Assembly (NCBI GenBank): GCA_009859145.1
Contig: VRVR01000007.1
Coordinates: 186,001-250,000, forward strand
Direction: 5' to 3'
DNA length: 64,000 nt
Source of the DNA: Andalucia godoyi And28
Lineage: Eukaryota > Protista > Jakobida
Below, one piece after another: positions 53,750-64,000 of this stretch. Made by a program: the position numbers and the translations under genes. Below the pieces are notes generated by a model, which had not been told where the DNA came from, made no database searches, and saw nothing but the letters and a program-made list of their open reading frames with translations. Every line of letters starts with the position of its first letter. The stretch's first letter is position 1.

Positions 53750-56308
53750 ATGATGGACGCGTCCCCAACTGCCGTTGCTTTCGTGCCAACATCTGGCTCC
53801 TCTGCAGTTGTGTACCTTCGAAACCTGCTCCGGGAAAAAGATGAAATCATATCCGAATTGGAAGAGGACAACCGAGAGTACGAAAAGACTGTTTCGCGGC
53901 TTGCTTCTTTTATCGATTCAATGTCTTCTGTTGCCCATAAGGCATCTGACATAATCGCGGCGTCTGCTGGATCCCCGGGCACACACTTTCCGGCTGGAAG
54001 CGGCAACGGTACGAACTCCCCAGCGAAACGAAAGATGGCGGAGATTTCGCAGCAGGAACTAGACGATCTGCGACTTCGAGCATCAAAACTCGAACGACAA
54101 GTTTCGATAGCTGACGAGGAAAACGAGAGCCTCAGGCAGGAGAACATTCAGTGTCAGCGCACCCTCGAAATACTGCGCAGAGAAATGGAAATATCCATGG
54201 GGATCTTAGACCGACTTGCTGTTTCTTCACCACACAGAAACGCATTTTCGGATAGCCCAGATGGTAAAGTGGCCTCTCGTTCCCCTGGCACTCGGGGAGC
54301 AGAGGACGATTCGAGAAGGAACAACAACAATAGCAGCCGCGGTTCTGTTGATGGTGCTTCTGTTGAACGGCTGTCCCGCAGATTGGAGGATGTGTTCTTT
54401 GATTTGCAAAAGCAGAATTTACGCCTCTCTACAGAAAACAAGGAACTTAGGTCCACGGCAGAACGTGCGCGTGCCGAAGTGATTCAGCTTTCTTCCTCGA
54501 TTCGGTCAATGTCAGAGGAAAACGTCAGTGTTGCTGCTCTCAAAGCAGAAACGGAATTTTTACGTCGACAGATGACAGATCTCGAAAGCCGATGCCAGCG
54601 ATTGCAAGGTGAACGGGATCGTGCCGCTGATGATGTCTTGGCGATGAAATCCGAAAGAGAGGTTTTGCAACAAGACGCTGCTGCTCTTCGTCGTGAACTG
54701 GGGGTTTGTCGCGATCAGAGCTCGCTCCATGTGCAAAGTCGTTCTTCTCTTGAGCGCGAGCTAGAGAAAGCTCGATCCGAGGTGAACGCAGCCCAATCCC
54801 AGGTCTCTGATGTGAAGAAGAAACTGGCCGATCTGCAGTCCCAGTATCAGACTCTGGAATCGGATCATGCTGCACTGCAAAAGCAGCATTCGATTGTCGA
54901 GGCTGTTTCTGCGCGTGTGCAAGCGGAATGCGCAGAACATAGATCTCTTGCGACTGATTGTGAAGCCACTATCGGGGAATTGATGTCGGAGGTGCGACAA
55001 CTTAGTGATACTCTGGCATCATCAGAAGAAAGGAGCCGCTCCGTGGTTGCAGACTTTGAGGTGCAACGGTCCGATTTTGTTTCCAAGGTTTCCAAGCTGT
55101 CTACGGAGGGGATGCGTCTGGAAAGGCAGGTTTTGGAGCGAGAGGACCGGATTGCTGAACTTGAGAACAAATTGTCCGAAGCGAATCGCAATGTTGGAGA
55201 GGAGCAGGCAAGAACAATGGAAGCACAACGCCATTTCCGTGATGCGGAGCTGAAGTGGCAGTTTGAGTGCGATGGTCTGCGCTCTGATTGCGGAGTTCTT
55301 CGAGCTCGATTGGACGCTTTGCAGTCAGATGCTCACGCGGATTCGTCGGCGCTCCGTGATCGGATTCGCATCCTGGAACAGGAACGAGATCGTCTTGCAG
55401 AAGAACTGGGATCAATGAGTAGCCGTCGAGATGCACTGGAGCGTACAGTAGTTGCAGCCGCCGAAGAACATGCTTTGTGGGACAACGAGACTCGTCAACT
55501 GGCTGCACGTCTAGGAGAAGCCGAGGATGCGCGTTCCATGTTGGAGCGAAAGGTGGATGTTCTGATCACGCACTTGAACAGATTGCATGCGCTTGAAAAA
55601 GCCTGGGACGTCGCCAAGCAAGTTGTTCTTTCAGGAAGTGCAACGAATGCAGCAGTATCATCAGTGTCCTCTCCTGCACACTCTCCCTCCCGTGACCGTT
55701 CGCCGGCCGCTATGCCCCTGGATGACGTGGACGTGAAGCATGTTGTTGAGCAGATGACGGAGCGCTGGGTCGCATTCGATGCAGTGTGTGCAGAACGAGA
55801 TGAATTTCGGGATGCCGTGGAAGCCTTGGAATCCGATGCGAATACGAAGCATGCAGAACTTACGCGTTTGTTGGCACTTGAAGTGAATCTCAAATCTGTG
55901 AAGAAGGACGCAGAAGCCTATCAGTCGCTTGCAGAGTCTGCAACGAGCCAGCACGAAAGGTTGCTGGCCCTCTATCAAGAAGTGAGCCAGGATCGGGATG
56001 ACCTTGCACAGAAGATGGAAGAAATTGTTCGACGAAATGAAGTACTCGAGTCACAAGCCAGTGCGGCCCAGCAAGATCTTCAAGCAGCACATGGTGAATG
56101 TGCAGAGTTGGCGTCACAAATGATTCGTTGGCTCAATCTTGCCCAGCAGGACAATGAAAGAGACGGCTTTGGGGTTGGTCGGAGCGATCCGCAGTCCGCA
56201 ACTGCCATGCTGGTTCGGAAATTAGATCAGCAACGAGCTCGGAGCCAGACACTCAGCATGGGCGGCCGTCCCAATCTGGCCAGTGGCCATTTGAATTCCT
56301 CTCCGTAA
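53750..56308 (+). CDS. Long coiled-coil protein (852 aa)
   Basis: Continuous heptad-rich E/L/R/A sequence. Confidence 0.8.
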   Translation: MMDASPTAVAFVPTSGSSAVVYLRNLLREKDEIISELEEDNREYEKTVSRLASFIDSMSSVAHKASDIIAASAGSPGTHFPAGSGNGTNSPAKRKMAEISQQELDDLRLRASKLERQVSIADEENESLRQENIQCQRTLEILRREMEISMGILDRLAVSSPHRNAFSDSPDGKVASRSPGTRGAEDDSRRNNNNSSRGSVDGASVERLSRRLEDVFFDLQKQNLRLSTENKELRSTAERARAEVIQLSSSIRSMSEENVSVAALKAETEFLRRQMTDLESRCQRLQGERDRAADDVLAMKSEREVLQQDAAALRRELGVCRDQSSLHVQSRSSLERELEKARSEVNAAQSQVSDVKKKLADLQSQYQTLESDHAALQKQHSIVEAVSARVQAECAEHRSLATDCEATIGELMSEVRQLSDTLASSEERSRSVVADFEVQRSDFVSKVSKLSTEGMRLERQVLEREDRIAELENKLSEANRNVGEEQARTMEAQRHFRDAELKWQFECDGLRSDCGVLRARLDALQSDAHADSSALRDRIRILEQERDRLAEELGSMSSRRDALERTVVAAAEEHALWDNETRQLAARLGEAEDARSMLERKVDVLITHLNRLHALEKAWDVAKQVVLSGSATNAAVSSVSSPAHSPSRDRSPAAMPLDDVDVKHVVEQMTERWVAFDAVCAERDEFRDAVEALESDANTKHAELTRLLALEVNLKSVKKDAEAYQSLAESATSQHERLLALYQEVSQDRDDLAQKMEEIVRRNEVLESQASAAQQDLQAAHGECAELASQMIRWLNLAQQDNERDGFGVGRSDPQSATAMLVRKLDQQRARSQTLSMGGRPNLASGHLNSSP

Positions 56309-56477
56309 ATGAAATCTGCGTGCAACATAAAATAATTATAATAATTATAATATTAAAAAAAAAAAAATTAAAGAAGAAAAAAAGGAGTTTGCTTGTTGGA
56401 GGTTGGGGTGGTTTTTTCTTTTTCTTCTTCAATTAAATCAACAAAGCATTACAAAAACATCCTTAAAAAAAGCATAA

Positions 56478-59003
56478 TTAATTGCGGATAGCCCAGACGA
56501 AAACCGACCGATCATTTCCACCAAGCGAGACAAGAGTCTTGTCCGAGTTCGCCCACGCAACATTGGTGACATGTGAGGAGTGTCCCGCGAGCGTAACACG
56601 ATCCGGACGCTTGGCAATCTTTCCACGATGGTCATACCCGGAGCCAATGGCGGGGTACTTGTACAAGCACACAAGACCAGAGTCCTCTGCAGTTGCAATC
56701 AGAGTCTGCGATGGCGAACGCGACGCAGCATTCACATCCGTGAAGTCGGAATACGGGGGGAAAATACCCTGGACCGGCCAACCCAAGACACACGTAAAGG
56801 ACTCCCACTTGGTATCCTTGATGGACGACGGCGACTTGATTTGCGCACCGCCATTGTTGATGTCCCAGAACAAGAGTTCGTAATCCAAAGAGTTCGACTG
56901 CAGGATTGCATCGTCCGCAGACCAATCGATGTGGGTGATGGTGGAGTGATGTCCACTGCACTTGCATTTAAGTCCTCCGTTCGTATTGTACACTCGAATG
57001 AAGCCGTCGTGAGCTCCTGCAGCCACATACTTTCCAGACGGGGAGAAGCGGACTTGGTCAACCTCTCGCGCAGTGTCTTTCGCAGACCAGATGACCTTTG
57101 CACTCTTGCGGCCATCCTCCACTTCCAAAACGGCAACAGCGCCAGACGTGCAACCAACAGCAATGTGGCGGCCATCCGGATGGAAATCAAATCCACGGAC
57201 ACCTGTCTTTCCAGCAGGAAGCGAGAGCAGTTGAGAAACATTGATGGATCCGCAGACAGTGCGCTTAGCAGTGTCCCAGAACAGGACAGCACCTTCATCT
57301 CCTCCAGAAGCTGAAATCGCATTGTCCTTCGGGTTCACTGCAAGACCCCACGCCTCGCCAGCATGCCCCGCCATGACAACGTTGCTTCCGCTCTTTGCGG
57401 CAGTCAAAGACCAAGTGTTCACGTCCAGGGTTCCCAGGAAACGGATGGAAGAATCCTGCTTCAATCCTGCATACAGTTTGCGGGAATTGGGGCACAGTGC
57501 AATGGAGCGCACCTCACAAACAGTTTCAGAACTTACAAAGGAAGAAAGGTTCTTTGCGACCGTGCCGAGTGCCTTCAAGGACGCTCCAGACCATGCCTTG
57601 ATGCATCCATCTCGGCCTCCTGTCAACACGACGTCAGACTTTGCATCGTAGGCAACCGTAACAACCGCGCCGCCTGCGTGGGCCTTCTCCACAACCTTGG
57701 CCAAGCGCTCCCCCTTCCAGACATACAAATCTCCAGATTGTGTCGCCGAGACAAAAAGGCCTGCAGCAGTGTAAGCACCCGTTGCAATGGTCTGGAGCTC
57801 GCCACGAGTTCCAAAGATTCCTCGCTTTCCAGCCAGCGTGCGACCTCCAGGCGTAAACGTCCACACCTTCACGTGCTTGACACCGGTTGTGGTGAACTCG
57901 TAAGAAGTCGGTGCGAACTTGACACTTGTGATCTTGTTCTTGTCGCCAGTGCTGGACGCAAGGAGAGCTCCCGAAGCTGCATCGTGCACTGCAATAGAAT
58001 GGTCATCATCGTCGCCAACAGAGGCGATGTACTTGCCGTCATGCGAAAATGCAAGTGCAATCACAGCGCGCTTGTGGAACGACTTCAGCTCAACAGCCGA
58101 TGAAAGAGACTTGCCATCATACACGAACGCCAAAGGATTCTTTCCCATTTGTCCGGTCACGACTTTTCCAGATTCAGCATGGTACGCAATCGATACCACA
58201 TCATCGGTGTGCTTTCCTCGGAAAACGCTCTGTTCATTCTTTGCGACATTCAACCGGACACCGAGGGCTGCAGTGTGATACAGCACAGTGGATCCCGACG
58301 CATCATCAGTAGCGACGAACAAGTTTGATCGCACATCATGGCTGCGATATCCGAACACATACGAAAGGTCTGCAGATGCATTGGGTGCAGCATCGGCGTC
58401 CCCCTTCTTCACGTATCCCGAGGGAGCAACTAATGCTCCCAGGAACGGCTTGATCGCCATGGCCTGTTCTGTGGTGGCTGTCTCCACCACAACCCCAATT
58501 TCATCCTCGTCTCCCCCAGCAGCAGCAGGAGCACTGGCGCTTGCGCTCGACGAGTTCAGATCGACTTTGGTCTTGAACTCATCGTCCAAGTCAGCATCAT
58601 CAACATCGGTGGCTGTGGCATACGACGAGTCATCTCCGGTGCCGTCATCTTCTGGAACAGAAATCAGAACATGAAGTTCTCCCTTTGTGGAAAGCGGAAG
58701 CCAAAGATCGTTGCCCATGACATCCGTTCCTGCAAACAACTCACGAGTCTTGACAACGGCAGATCCAAGACGGTCGTCCTTGCCAACTTCGTCCTTGTCG
58801 TACACATCAAACTGAATCGTCCCGGCTGCAAAGGACGCTACATTTGCAGTGTAGTCCCAGACCGGAGACAGCGTCTGTGCGACTGGCTTTGTCTTTCCGA
58901 CAATTGTGCCGTTCAGCTTCACAACCACGTACGGATCCGACTTGCCCGAGTCGTCCGCTGCAGTAAGACCGCGAGCCTCCTTGATGATGATTGTTGCACT
59001 CAT
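56478..59003 (-). CDS. C2 domain fused to an echinoderm microtubule-associated protein-like (EML) HELP/WD40 TAPE module
   Basis: C2: 'IKEARGLTAADDSGKSDPYVVV', 'FDVYDKDEVGKDDRLG'. HELP: 'LSYVFGYRSHDVRSNL'. EML WD blades 'HTDDV', 'GHSSTITHIDWS', 'YELLFW', 'LGWPVQGIFP..DFTDVNA', 'GHSSHVTNV'. ATG 59003. Confidence 0.88.
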   Translation of the reverse strand: MSATIIIKEARGLTAADDSGKSDPYVVVKLNGTIVGKTKPVAQTLSPVWDYTANVASFAAGTIQFDVYDKDEVGKDDRLGSAVVKTRELFAGTDVMGNDLWLPLSTKGELHVLISVPEDDGTGDDSSYATATDVDDADLDDEFKTKVDLNSSSASASAPAAAGGDEDEIGVVVETATTEQAMAIKPFLGALVAPSGYVKKGDADAAPNASADLSYVFGYRSHDVRSNLFVATDDASGSTVLYHTAALGVRLNVAKNEQSVFRGKHTDDVVSIAYHAESGKVVTGQMGKNPLAFVYDGKSLSSAVELKSFHKRAVIALAFSHDGKYIASVGDDDDHSIAVHDAASGALLASSTGDKNKITSVKFAPTSYEFTTTGVKHVKVWTFTPGGRTLAGKRGIFGTRGELQTIATGAYTAAGLFVSATQSGDLYVWKGERLAKVVEKAHAGGAVVTVAYDAKSDVVLTGGRDGCIKAWSGASLKALGTVAKNLSSFVSSETVCEVRSIALCPNSRKLYAGLKQDSSIRFLGTLDVNTWSLTAAKSGSNVVMAGHAGEAWGLAVNPKDNAISASGGDEGAVLFWDTAKRTVCGSINVSQLLSLPAGKTGVRGFDFHPDGRHIAVGCTSGAVAVLEVEDGRKSAKVIWSAKDTAREVDQVRFSPSGKYVAAGAHDGFIRVYNTNGGLKCKCSGHHSTITHIDWSADDAILQSNSLDYELLFWDINNGGAQIKSPSSIKDTKWESFTCVLGWPVQGIFPPYSDFTDVNAASRSPSQTLIATAEDSGLVCLYKYPAIGSGYDHRGKIAKRPDRVTLAGHSSHVTNVAWANSDKTLVSLGGNDRSVFVWAIRN

Positions 59004-59520
59004 TGTTTTTCTTGTGGTTTTTGTTTGAAGGGGAGTAGATAGACGATAACGAGAAAAACGTGGCTTGGAAAAGAATGAAAGTAGAAGAAACAAAAAACGA
59101 AACAAAAGGAAACAAAAACAAAAGACAAAGAGAATGAGAAAAAATGACTTGGAAAAAGGAGAAGAAACCTCCGGGAAAATAGGAACGAGGAAGCGGGGAC
59201 ACGGTTTTCAAGGTCAAGTCTGCGCCAAAGTGCCCGAGGCCCCGAAGGTGAAGAGGACGGTTGCCAATGGTCCGCCGAAGCCCTTTTGCGGGTTGCTGCA
59301 GATTCGGGCAGCCGTTGAGAAGTATCCATAAACAGACACAGTCAACACTGGTCCGACAGAAGCACGTTTGCTTGTGCTTACGCACGCTCGGCCAAAATTC
59401 AGCCGGTGACACAGGCTCCGCATTTTCGACACTCTTTAACGCAGCATCCGTAGCCATCTATTCTATCATTCGTTGGTTTCACGTTTTTATTCAAATATGG
59501 GCGTGGGCGCGCTGGGATGA

Positions 59521-59830
59521 CGCATTCGCCTACGCTGCGCCTACGCCCCGCTCGATACAGGGCCTCCTGGGTCCCGCAGACCTACTAAGAGACCACGTGT
59601 CACTGCGCCTGCTGCTAGGGCCGTCAGCATCAAAATGCACCCTTCTCAGGAACAACGTGTCACGCTGAGAAAGCGGCTCACAGATTGATCGAGATTAGAA
59701 CGGAGCGCGGAACATTCATCTGAAGAACGCCGTGAGGCGTGTTGGGGCCTATCCCATTCCCCGGCAACAGGATGGAAGATTGAATATGCATGTCTATTCG
59801 TAGATATGCATGGTCAGTGTATAATGTAGG
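59521..59830 (+). mobile_element. Fanzor2/TnpB internal-deletion derivative C (N-terminal HTH-like start joined directly to C-terminal DRDxNxARNI and 3' RNA end)
   Basis: 59617-59679 encodes RAVSIKMHPSQEQRVTLRKRL (TnpB/IS605-OrfB N-terminal-like); 59684-59716 encodes IDRD*NGARNI; then GTGTTGGGGCCTA, a hairpin with TTCG loop (59786-59811), and end AGTGTATAATGTAGG. Left boundary is approximate. Confidence 0.8.
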
Positions 59831-60825
59831 CGTCAGCCTTGGGACATTTCTCCAAGAAGCATTTGAAAGGCACCGAATCATCGACGCGTCGGAGCACGCA
59901 CCATGGATAGCCGCTCGGATGTTTCTCTTCCCTTCAGGTTGCGCTTGAAAAGAAGAAATCAAAAAAGAAAGAATGCATCAAGTCATTAATTTAAAAATAC
60001 AACAACAAAAAACACGTGTGCTGCAAACGCATTCTGCAGCAACCCTCGCTTGGGATGACGCTGCAAAAAATTTATAACGTGTTCTGATTTCAAAAACCCA
60101 TCTGCACGCAATCGAAAACCATTCTTCATGTATCTTACGATCGCCGGAAATTTTCTCTGCAGTTTGTCGCGAGCAGCAGAACGGACCAACCCGCATACTC
60201 TCATGTCATGCGTTGTGCAGAAAAAGAATGCTGATGGAACGCAAGAAGGCGTTCTCTACGTCATCGTTCCGCACGTCAAGAAAGAAAAACATCGCTGAGC
60301 CACTCGTCGGAGAGACACCACGGGCGAGCAGGTCCTTATTGACAGTCCCTCGCTCGTACGCCTTTTCAAGCTGCCCAAACACTGTTGCTCAACGCACAAC
60401 AAAGACAAGTTCCCGCACACGAAGGGTTGCGTGTCCAACGCACAGCCGTTTCCGTCTGCCGAGTACTGGTGTATATTCTCATCTGCTCGCGAATGGAATA
60501 GATACAAATGCCTCCACACCTTTGTCCTTCCGCCGAGAAGCAACCACAGTATCCATTGAGAGCAGGTTCATCGGTGAGCTGCCATTCGGATTCTGGAGAA
60601 GTGGTGATGGCTGATGAATCCTTGCCGAGAGCCACGCTTCTCCCCTCCACCGCCTTTGAAAAGCCCACTGAAATAAAGACCCCTTGATATTCAGATTGGA
60701 AGGAGCATTCATGTTGAAGGCTTTGCCAATCACACTTGTCAAGCCAGAAAGGAATGGAGAAAGACAAGGGAAAAGGAAAGCGACTAAAAAAGTTATAAAT
60801 AAAATAAAATAAAAAATTAGAGGGT

Positions 60826-60908
60826 CGCAGACGGCAGGATTCGAACCTGCGCGGGATCGCTCCCAACGCCTTAGCAGGGCGCCTCCTTAACCACTCGGAC
60901 ACGACTGC
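60826..60908 (-). tRNA. tRNA-Ser(GCT)
   Basis: GCAGTCG TG TCCGAGTGGTTAAGGA G GCGCC CT-GCT-AA GGCGT, long variable arm GGGA-GCGA-TCCC, GCAGG TTCGAAT CCTGC, CGTCTGC G. One T-T mismatch in the acceptor stem. Confidence 0.95.
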
Positions 60909-61268
60909 TACGATTCGAACTTCTGCAGCTTTATTCTTTTTCAAATGTTGTTGTCGATTTCTCTGAGAAAGAAAAAAAGATGCGCATTACTATGCCCTGT
61001 TTCCTTTATCACCTCCAATTTTCCTCCTTGTACGCGACGACGCTCGGCTATCTCCGTAGCTGGATCACGTGGTGTGATCTTCGCGTTGTTTGAAAACAAA
61101 ACCAAAAGTAATGATGATTCCGTAAAGCAGAATACAGAAGCATTTCATTTGTCTCGGATATATATCTACACACGAACACAAGAAACAGACGAACATACGG
61201 AAACGGAGATTTCAAAACCACCAGCAGCAACAGTCATAGCAACCAACACAATAAGATAGCAGCCTGGA

Positions 61269-61553
61269 TCAAGAAGAACTTGCTTGAGAGACATTCTGCT
61301 TTGCTCGCTGCTCCGCATACCACTCAGTTTTGTACTTTTCGAGAATCTCATCGTGGGTGTACTTTGCGAGACACCTGTTAAGCCTCTTCATCTCTTCGCG
61401 GCACTTGAACGGCGTCAGGAATCCTTGTTCCTTGCTGCACTCTCCGAAGTCAACCGTGCGGTGTTGACATTGTTTGAGCGCCGCCTTTTTCATCTTTTCC
61501 CGAAGCATCTCTAATGTGCGAACGGGCATCTGAATGTCTTCATCCGAATTCAT
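61269..61553 (-). CDS. CMC1-like twin CX9C mitochondrial intermembrane-space protein (COX assembly)
   Basis: C-QHRTVDFGE-C and C-REEMKRLNR-C twin CX9C motifs, preceded by 'LREKMKKAALKQ'. Confidence 0.82.
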   Translation of the reverse strand: MNSDEDIQMPVRTLEMLREKMKKAALKQCQHRTVDFGECSKEQGFLTPFKCREEMKRLNRCLAKYTHDEILEKYKTEWYAEQRAKQNVSQASSS

Positions 61554-61742
61554 AGAGCAAAACCTCGTTGTTTATTTCCTTCCAGTCTGTTCTTTAACAA
61601 AAACGTCACAACAAAACAACAACAAAAAACAAACAAACACGAGTCTCAAAGAAGAAGAAAACCAAAACTGAAGTCAATTTCTACTTTTCAATCGAGAGAT
61701 TGTCTGGAGCTTCGGACTTTACTTTGCCTGTGCCGCTGCCAG

Positions 61743-62442
61743 TTATCGCGATATGATGAAGCAATCTAAAGCGCACGTAAACAGAACCACTGCCACGCGC
61801 CATGCGCATGTGTTTGCTATCTTTCACAGCTCCGTCACACGATGCCCGATTCGTTTCGTCCCATTTTGATCATGAAATCCCTATAAACACGCCGCCGCGT
61901 TGCATTCTCGCACAGCGACGCTCATTTCTTAATTTTTGTTGTTATTGTCCATGCAATGCACCATGTATGTCACGTCCGCAACGCTGCGCAAGACCTGTGA
62001 CAATCTCCACCGCCACCTTCCGGCGCTGGGCCGCCGCCAGGAAAGATCGCCAAGGCGACAACTGCGCGGCAGGTATTGACATGGGGCCATTATCAATTCC
62101 AGCAGTGGCTGCTCTGCAAAAATCGCGCGAATTCGCGGGGCGGCAGGTGTCGATTGTGACTTGTGACGGAGGTGTACACGTCTAAAGCGTGCGGCCGTTG
62201 CGGAGGAAATCCATCGCAAGTTGTATGGAAACAAGGTGCTTTGTTGCCCATTGTGCAAATGCACGATCGACCGCGATTGGAACGGCGCGCGCAGCATCTA
62301 CATCTATCCTAGGAACGTCTCTCATGCCGAGGGGCGTGTTGGGGCCTACCCCCTTCCCAATCAATGCCATGCATTTTGTTGGGTCGCAGCATTGATTATG
62401 GGTGATCAGCGATGATTATCCGTGGTTAGTGTACAATGTAGG
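61743..62442 (+). mobile_element. Fanzor2/TnpB-derived non-autonomous element B
   Basis: Same corrected translation and the same lesions as element A (7-bp TTGTGAC duplication at about 62154-62167, frameshifts); 3' stem CCCAATCAATGC/GCATTGATTATGGG; ends TTAGTGTACAATGTAGG. Confidence 0.88.
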
Positions 62443-62846
62443 CGATGACTCAATGGTCACTACGCCCGCAGCCACGATGGAGCGTCTTTGGTCTTCGTGC
62501 AATCAGCACTCTGCGTCGTGGATCATTGACGACCGACCACTGCAACAGTTCTCTTTCTTCTTTTTATTTCATGATACGTTGCAACAGAAAATCAGCGAGC
62601 GAGAACTCACCGTTGATGGAAGAACAACACCAAACAACGACGACCAGAAATTAGGACGACGCGAAGGTAAGAAGAGAACACAGGCACGCACTTGGGAAAA
62701 GAGAAACATACCCAAAGACTGAATAGCGAAATATTCCTTGTAAATACGAAAATACTGCAGCAACTCTCCATTAAGAAAAAAAGAAAAAAAGAAGCAATCT
62801 GATCTCTGAAAGAAGAGTTCGCACAACCACAACCACCACTAGCAAC

Positions 62847-62847
<1 letters not shown>

Positions 62848-62880
<33 letters not shown>
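62848..62880. repeat. (GAC)11 microsatellite
   Basis: Read directly. Confidence 0.9.
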
Positions 62881-62882
<2 letters not shown>

Positions 62883-63076
62883 GATCCGCAACAAACAACC
62901 CAACCACAAAAAAACGAATGCAAATGCAACTACGAATACAAATACATGATATTTCAAAAGGCAAAAACAAAAAAAAAAAAAACACAACAACAACAAACAA
63001 ATCAACCATGAAAGCTGCGCGGACGCCTTCCATGGACTCGTTGCATGGGGTGTCTTGCAGCGGAGAGAAGGCATGC

Positions 63077-63529
63077 TTACTGAGACTGTGCGTGGATCTG
63101 ACGGAAACAGTACAGGAATTCATCAAAAGAGATGAGGTTACCCTGGATCTTTGCCTCTTTGAACATTTCATCGACTTCTTCCTGAGTCAGCAAATCGCCG
63201 ACGGAAGTCAGAATGCGCCTCAAATCGACAGCAGAGACATACCCAGTGTTATCCTTGTCCAGATACTTGAATGCAGCGATGATTTCTTCGTCTGAATCAA
63301 GAGTTGCCCTCTGTTCTTCGACAAACGAGACGAACTCGTCAAACTGGATCAACCCGGTCCTACGCTCGCCGTCCACTCGCTGGACAAACCGATCCACTTG
63401 GACTTGCGTCGGCGCGCAGCCAACAGATCGCAACAGCGTCGCAAGCTCCACAGAAGAAACACAGCCATCACCGTCTCGATCAAACAGTGCAAATGCCTGC
63501 TCGAGTTCCGCAAACTCAGTCTCCGTCAT
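63077..63529 (-). CDS. Calmodulin-like EF-hand protein (150 aa; an upstream ATG at 63601 is possible)
   Basis: 'EQAFALFDRDGDGCVSSVEL', 'EEIIAAFKYLDKDNTGYVSAVDLRRILTSVGDLLTQEEVDEMF'; EF2 and EF4 loops are degenerate. Confidence 0.85.
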   Translation of the reverse strand: MTETEFAELEQAFALFDRDGDGCVSSVELATLLRSVGCAPTQVQVDRFVQRVDGERRTGLIQFDEFVSFVEEQRATLDSDEEIIAAFKYLDKDNTGYVSAVDLRRILTSVGDLLTQEEVDEMFKEAKIQGNLISFDEFLYCFRQIHAQSQ

Positions 63530-63925
63530 TACTCGACTGCTGTGATTCGTCCCAATAGACTGTGCAGAAGAATGCAAGGATTTGTTGACGATCGTTGACA
63601 TGACCGAGACAGATTCGTAATGTCTAGAAGCTGCAAAGAGACAGGAGGTGATGAAGGCAAGCTACGTGGAGATGAAAAAATCAAAAATGAAAATAGAAGA
63701 ATAAAAGTAAGAATAAAATAAAAAATCAAAACAGAAAAAATAATAGAATCTCGGATCGTCGATGGAGAACACCCGCGGATGGGGGAAAAAGAGAGGAAAG
63801 GGCTGTCGAGTCAAACTGCAATTTTGCAAAAAGAGCGCCCGCATTTTGATGCCGGAGGCGTACAGCTGGGATCCACATCGGGATCCTCTCACGTGAGTGC
63901 GGACATTTGGCTTTCTGCCTGTGCA

Positions 63926-64000
63926 CCTACATTATACACTGAACATGCATATCTACGAATAGACATGCATATTCAATCTTCCATCCTGTTGCCGGGGAAT
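63926..64000 (-). mobile_element. 3' end of Fanzor2-derived element D (same subfamily as C), cut by the window edge
   Basis: Reverse complement matches 59756-59830 at 74/75 nt and diverges immediately after ...AATGTAGG. Confidence 0.85.

Noticed and set aside
59830-60760. Protein gene between element C and the tRNA
   Set aside because: Several overlapping ORFs of 60-190 aa on both strands, none with a recognisable motif or a consistent splice path.
153-63926. The many 60-250 aa ORFs antisense to or nested in long genes
   Set aside because: They are shadow ORFs of about 50% GC coding sequence with no independent motifs.

Overview
Gene-dense, intron-poor eukaryotic (protist-like) nuclear DNA using the standard genetic code. 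It carries about 24 supportable protein genes, a few short GT(ATG)..CAG introns (some with CTAAC branch sites), microsatellite-rich intergenic DNA and one tRNA-Ser(GCT). The style resembles a compact excavate/jakobid genome, but that is inference only. Recognisable genes: MKP1-like dual-specificity phosphatase, STPG/SHIPPO-repeat protein, WAPL, a degenerate SMCHD1/GMI1-like protein, CTF18, glutaryl-CoA dehydrogenase, a YnjF-like CDP-alcohol phosphotransferase next to a LicD-JmjC fusion, intron-containing AnmK, HIRA, a Slo/BK-type K+ channel, a degenerate UvrD-like protein, a C2-EML fusion, a CMC1-like twin-CX9C protein and a calmodulin-like protein. Main signals that the ORF track does not explain: (1) four non-autonomous Fanzor2/TnpB-derived elements (45.7-46.4, 59.5-59.8, 61.7-62.4, 63.9-64.0 kb). 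Their protein is destroyed, but their hairpin-rich 3' (omegaRNA-like) ends are conserved; three end in AGTGTAYAATGTAGG, and each copy has a different downstream (putative guide) flank. (2) An unidentified two-copy element (13.36-13.61 and 49.98-50.59 kb) with colinear conserved blocks, terminal pairing and large insertions, either a structured ncRNA or an old MITE. (3) An operon-like pair of CDP-alcohol-using enzymes, one fused to an intact 2OG/Fe(II) JmjC domain. All family assignments are from motif recognition by eye; no database searches were run.
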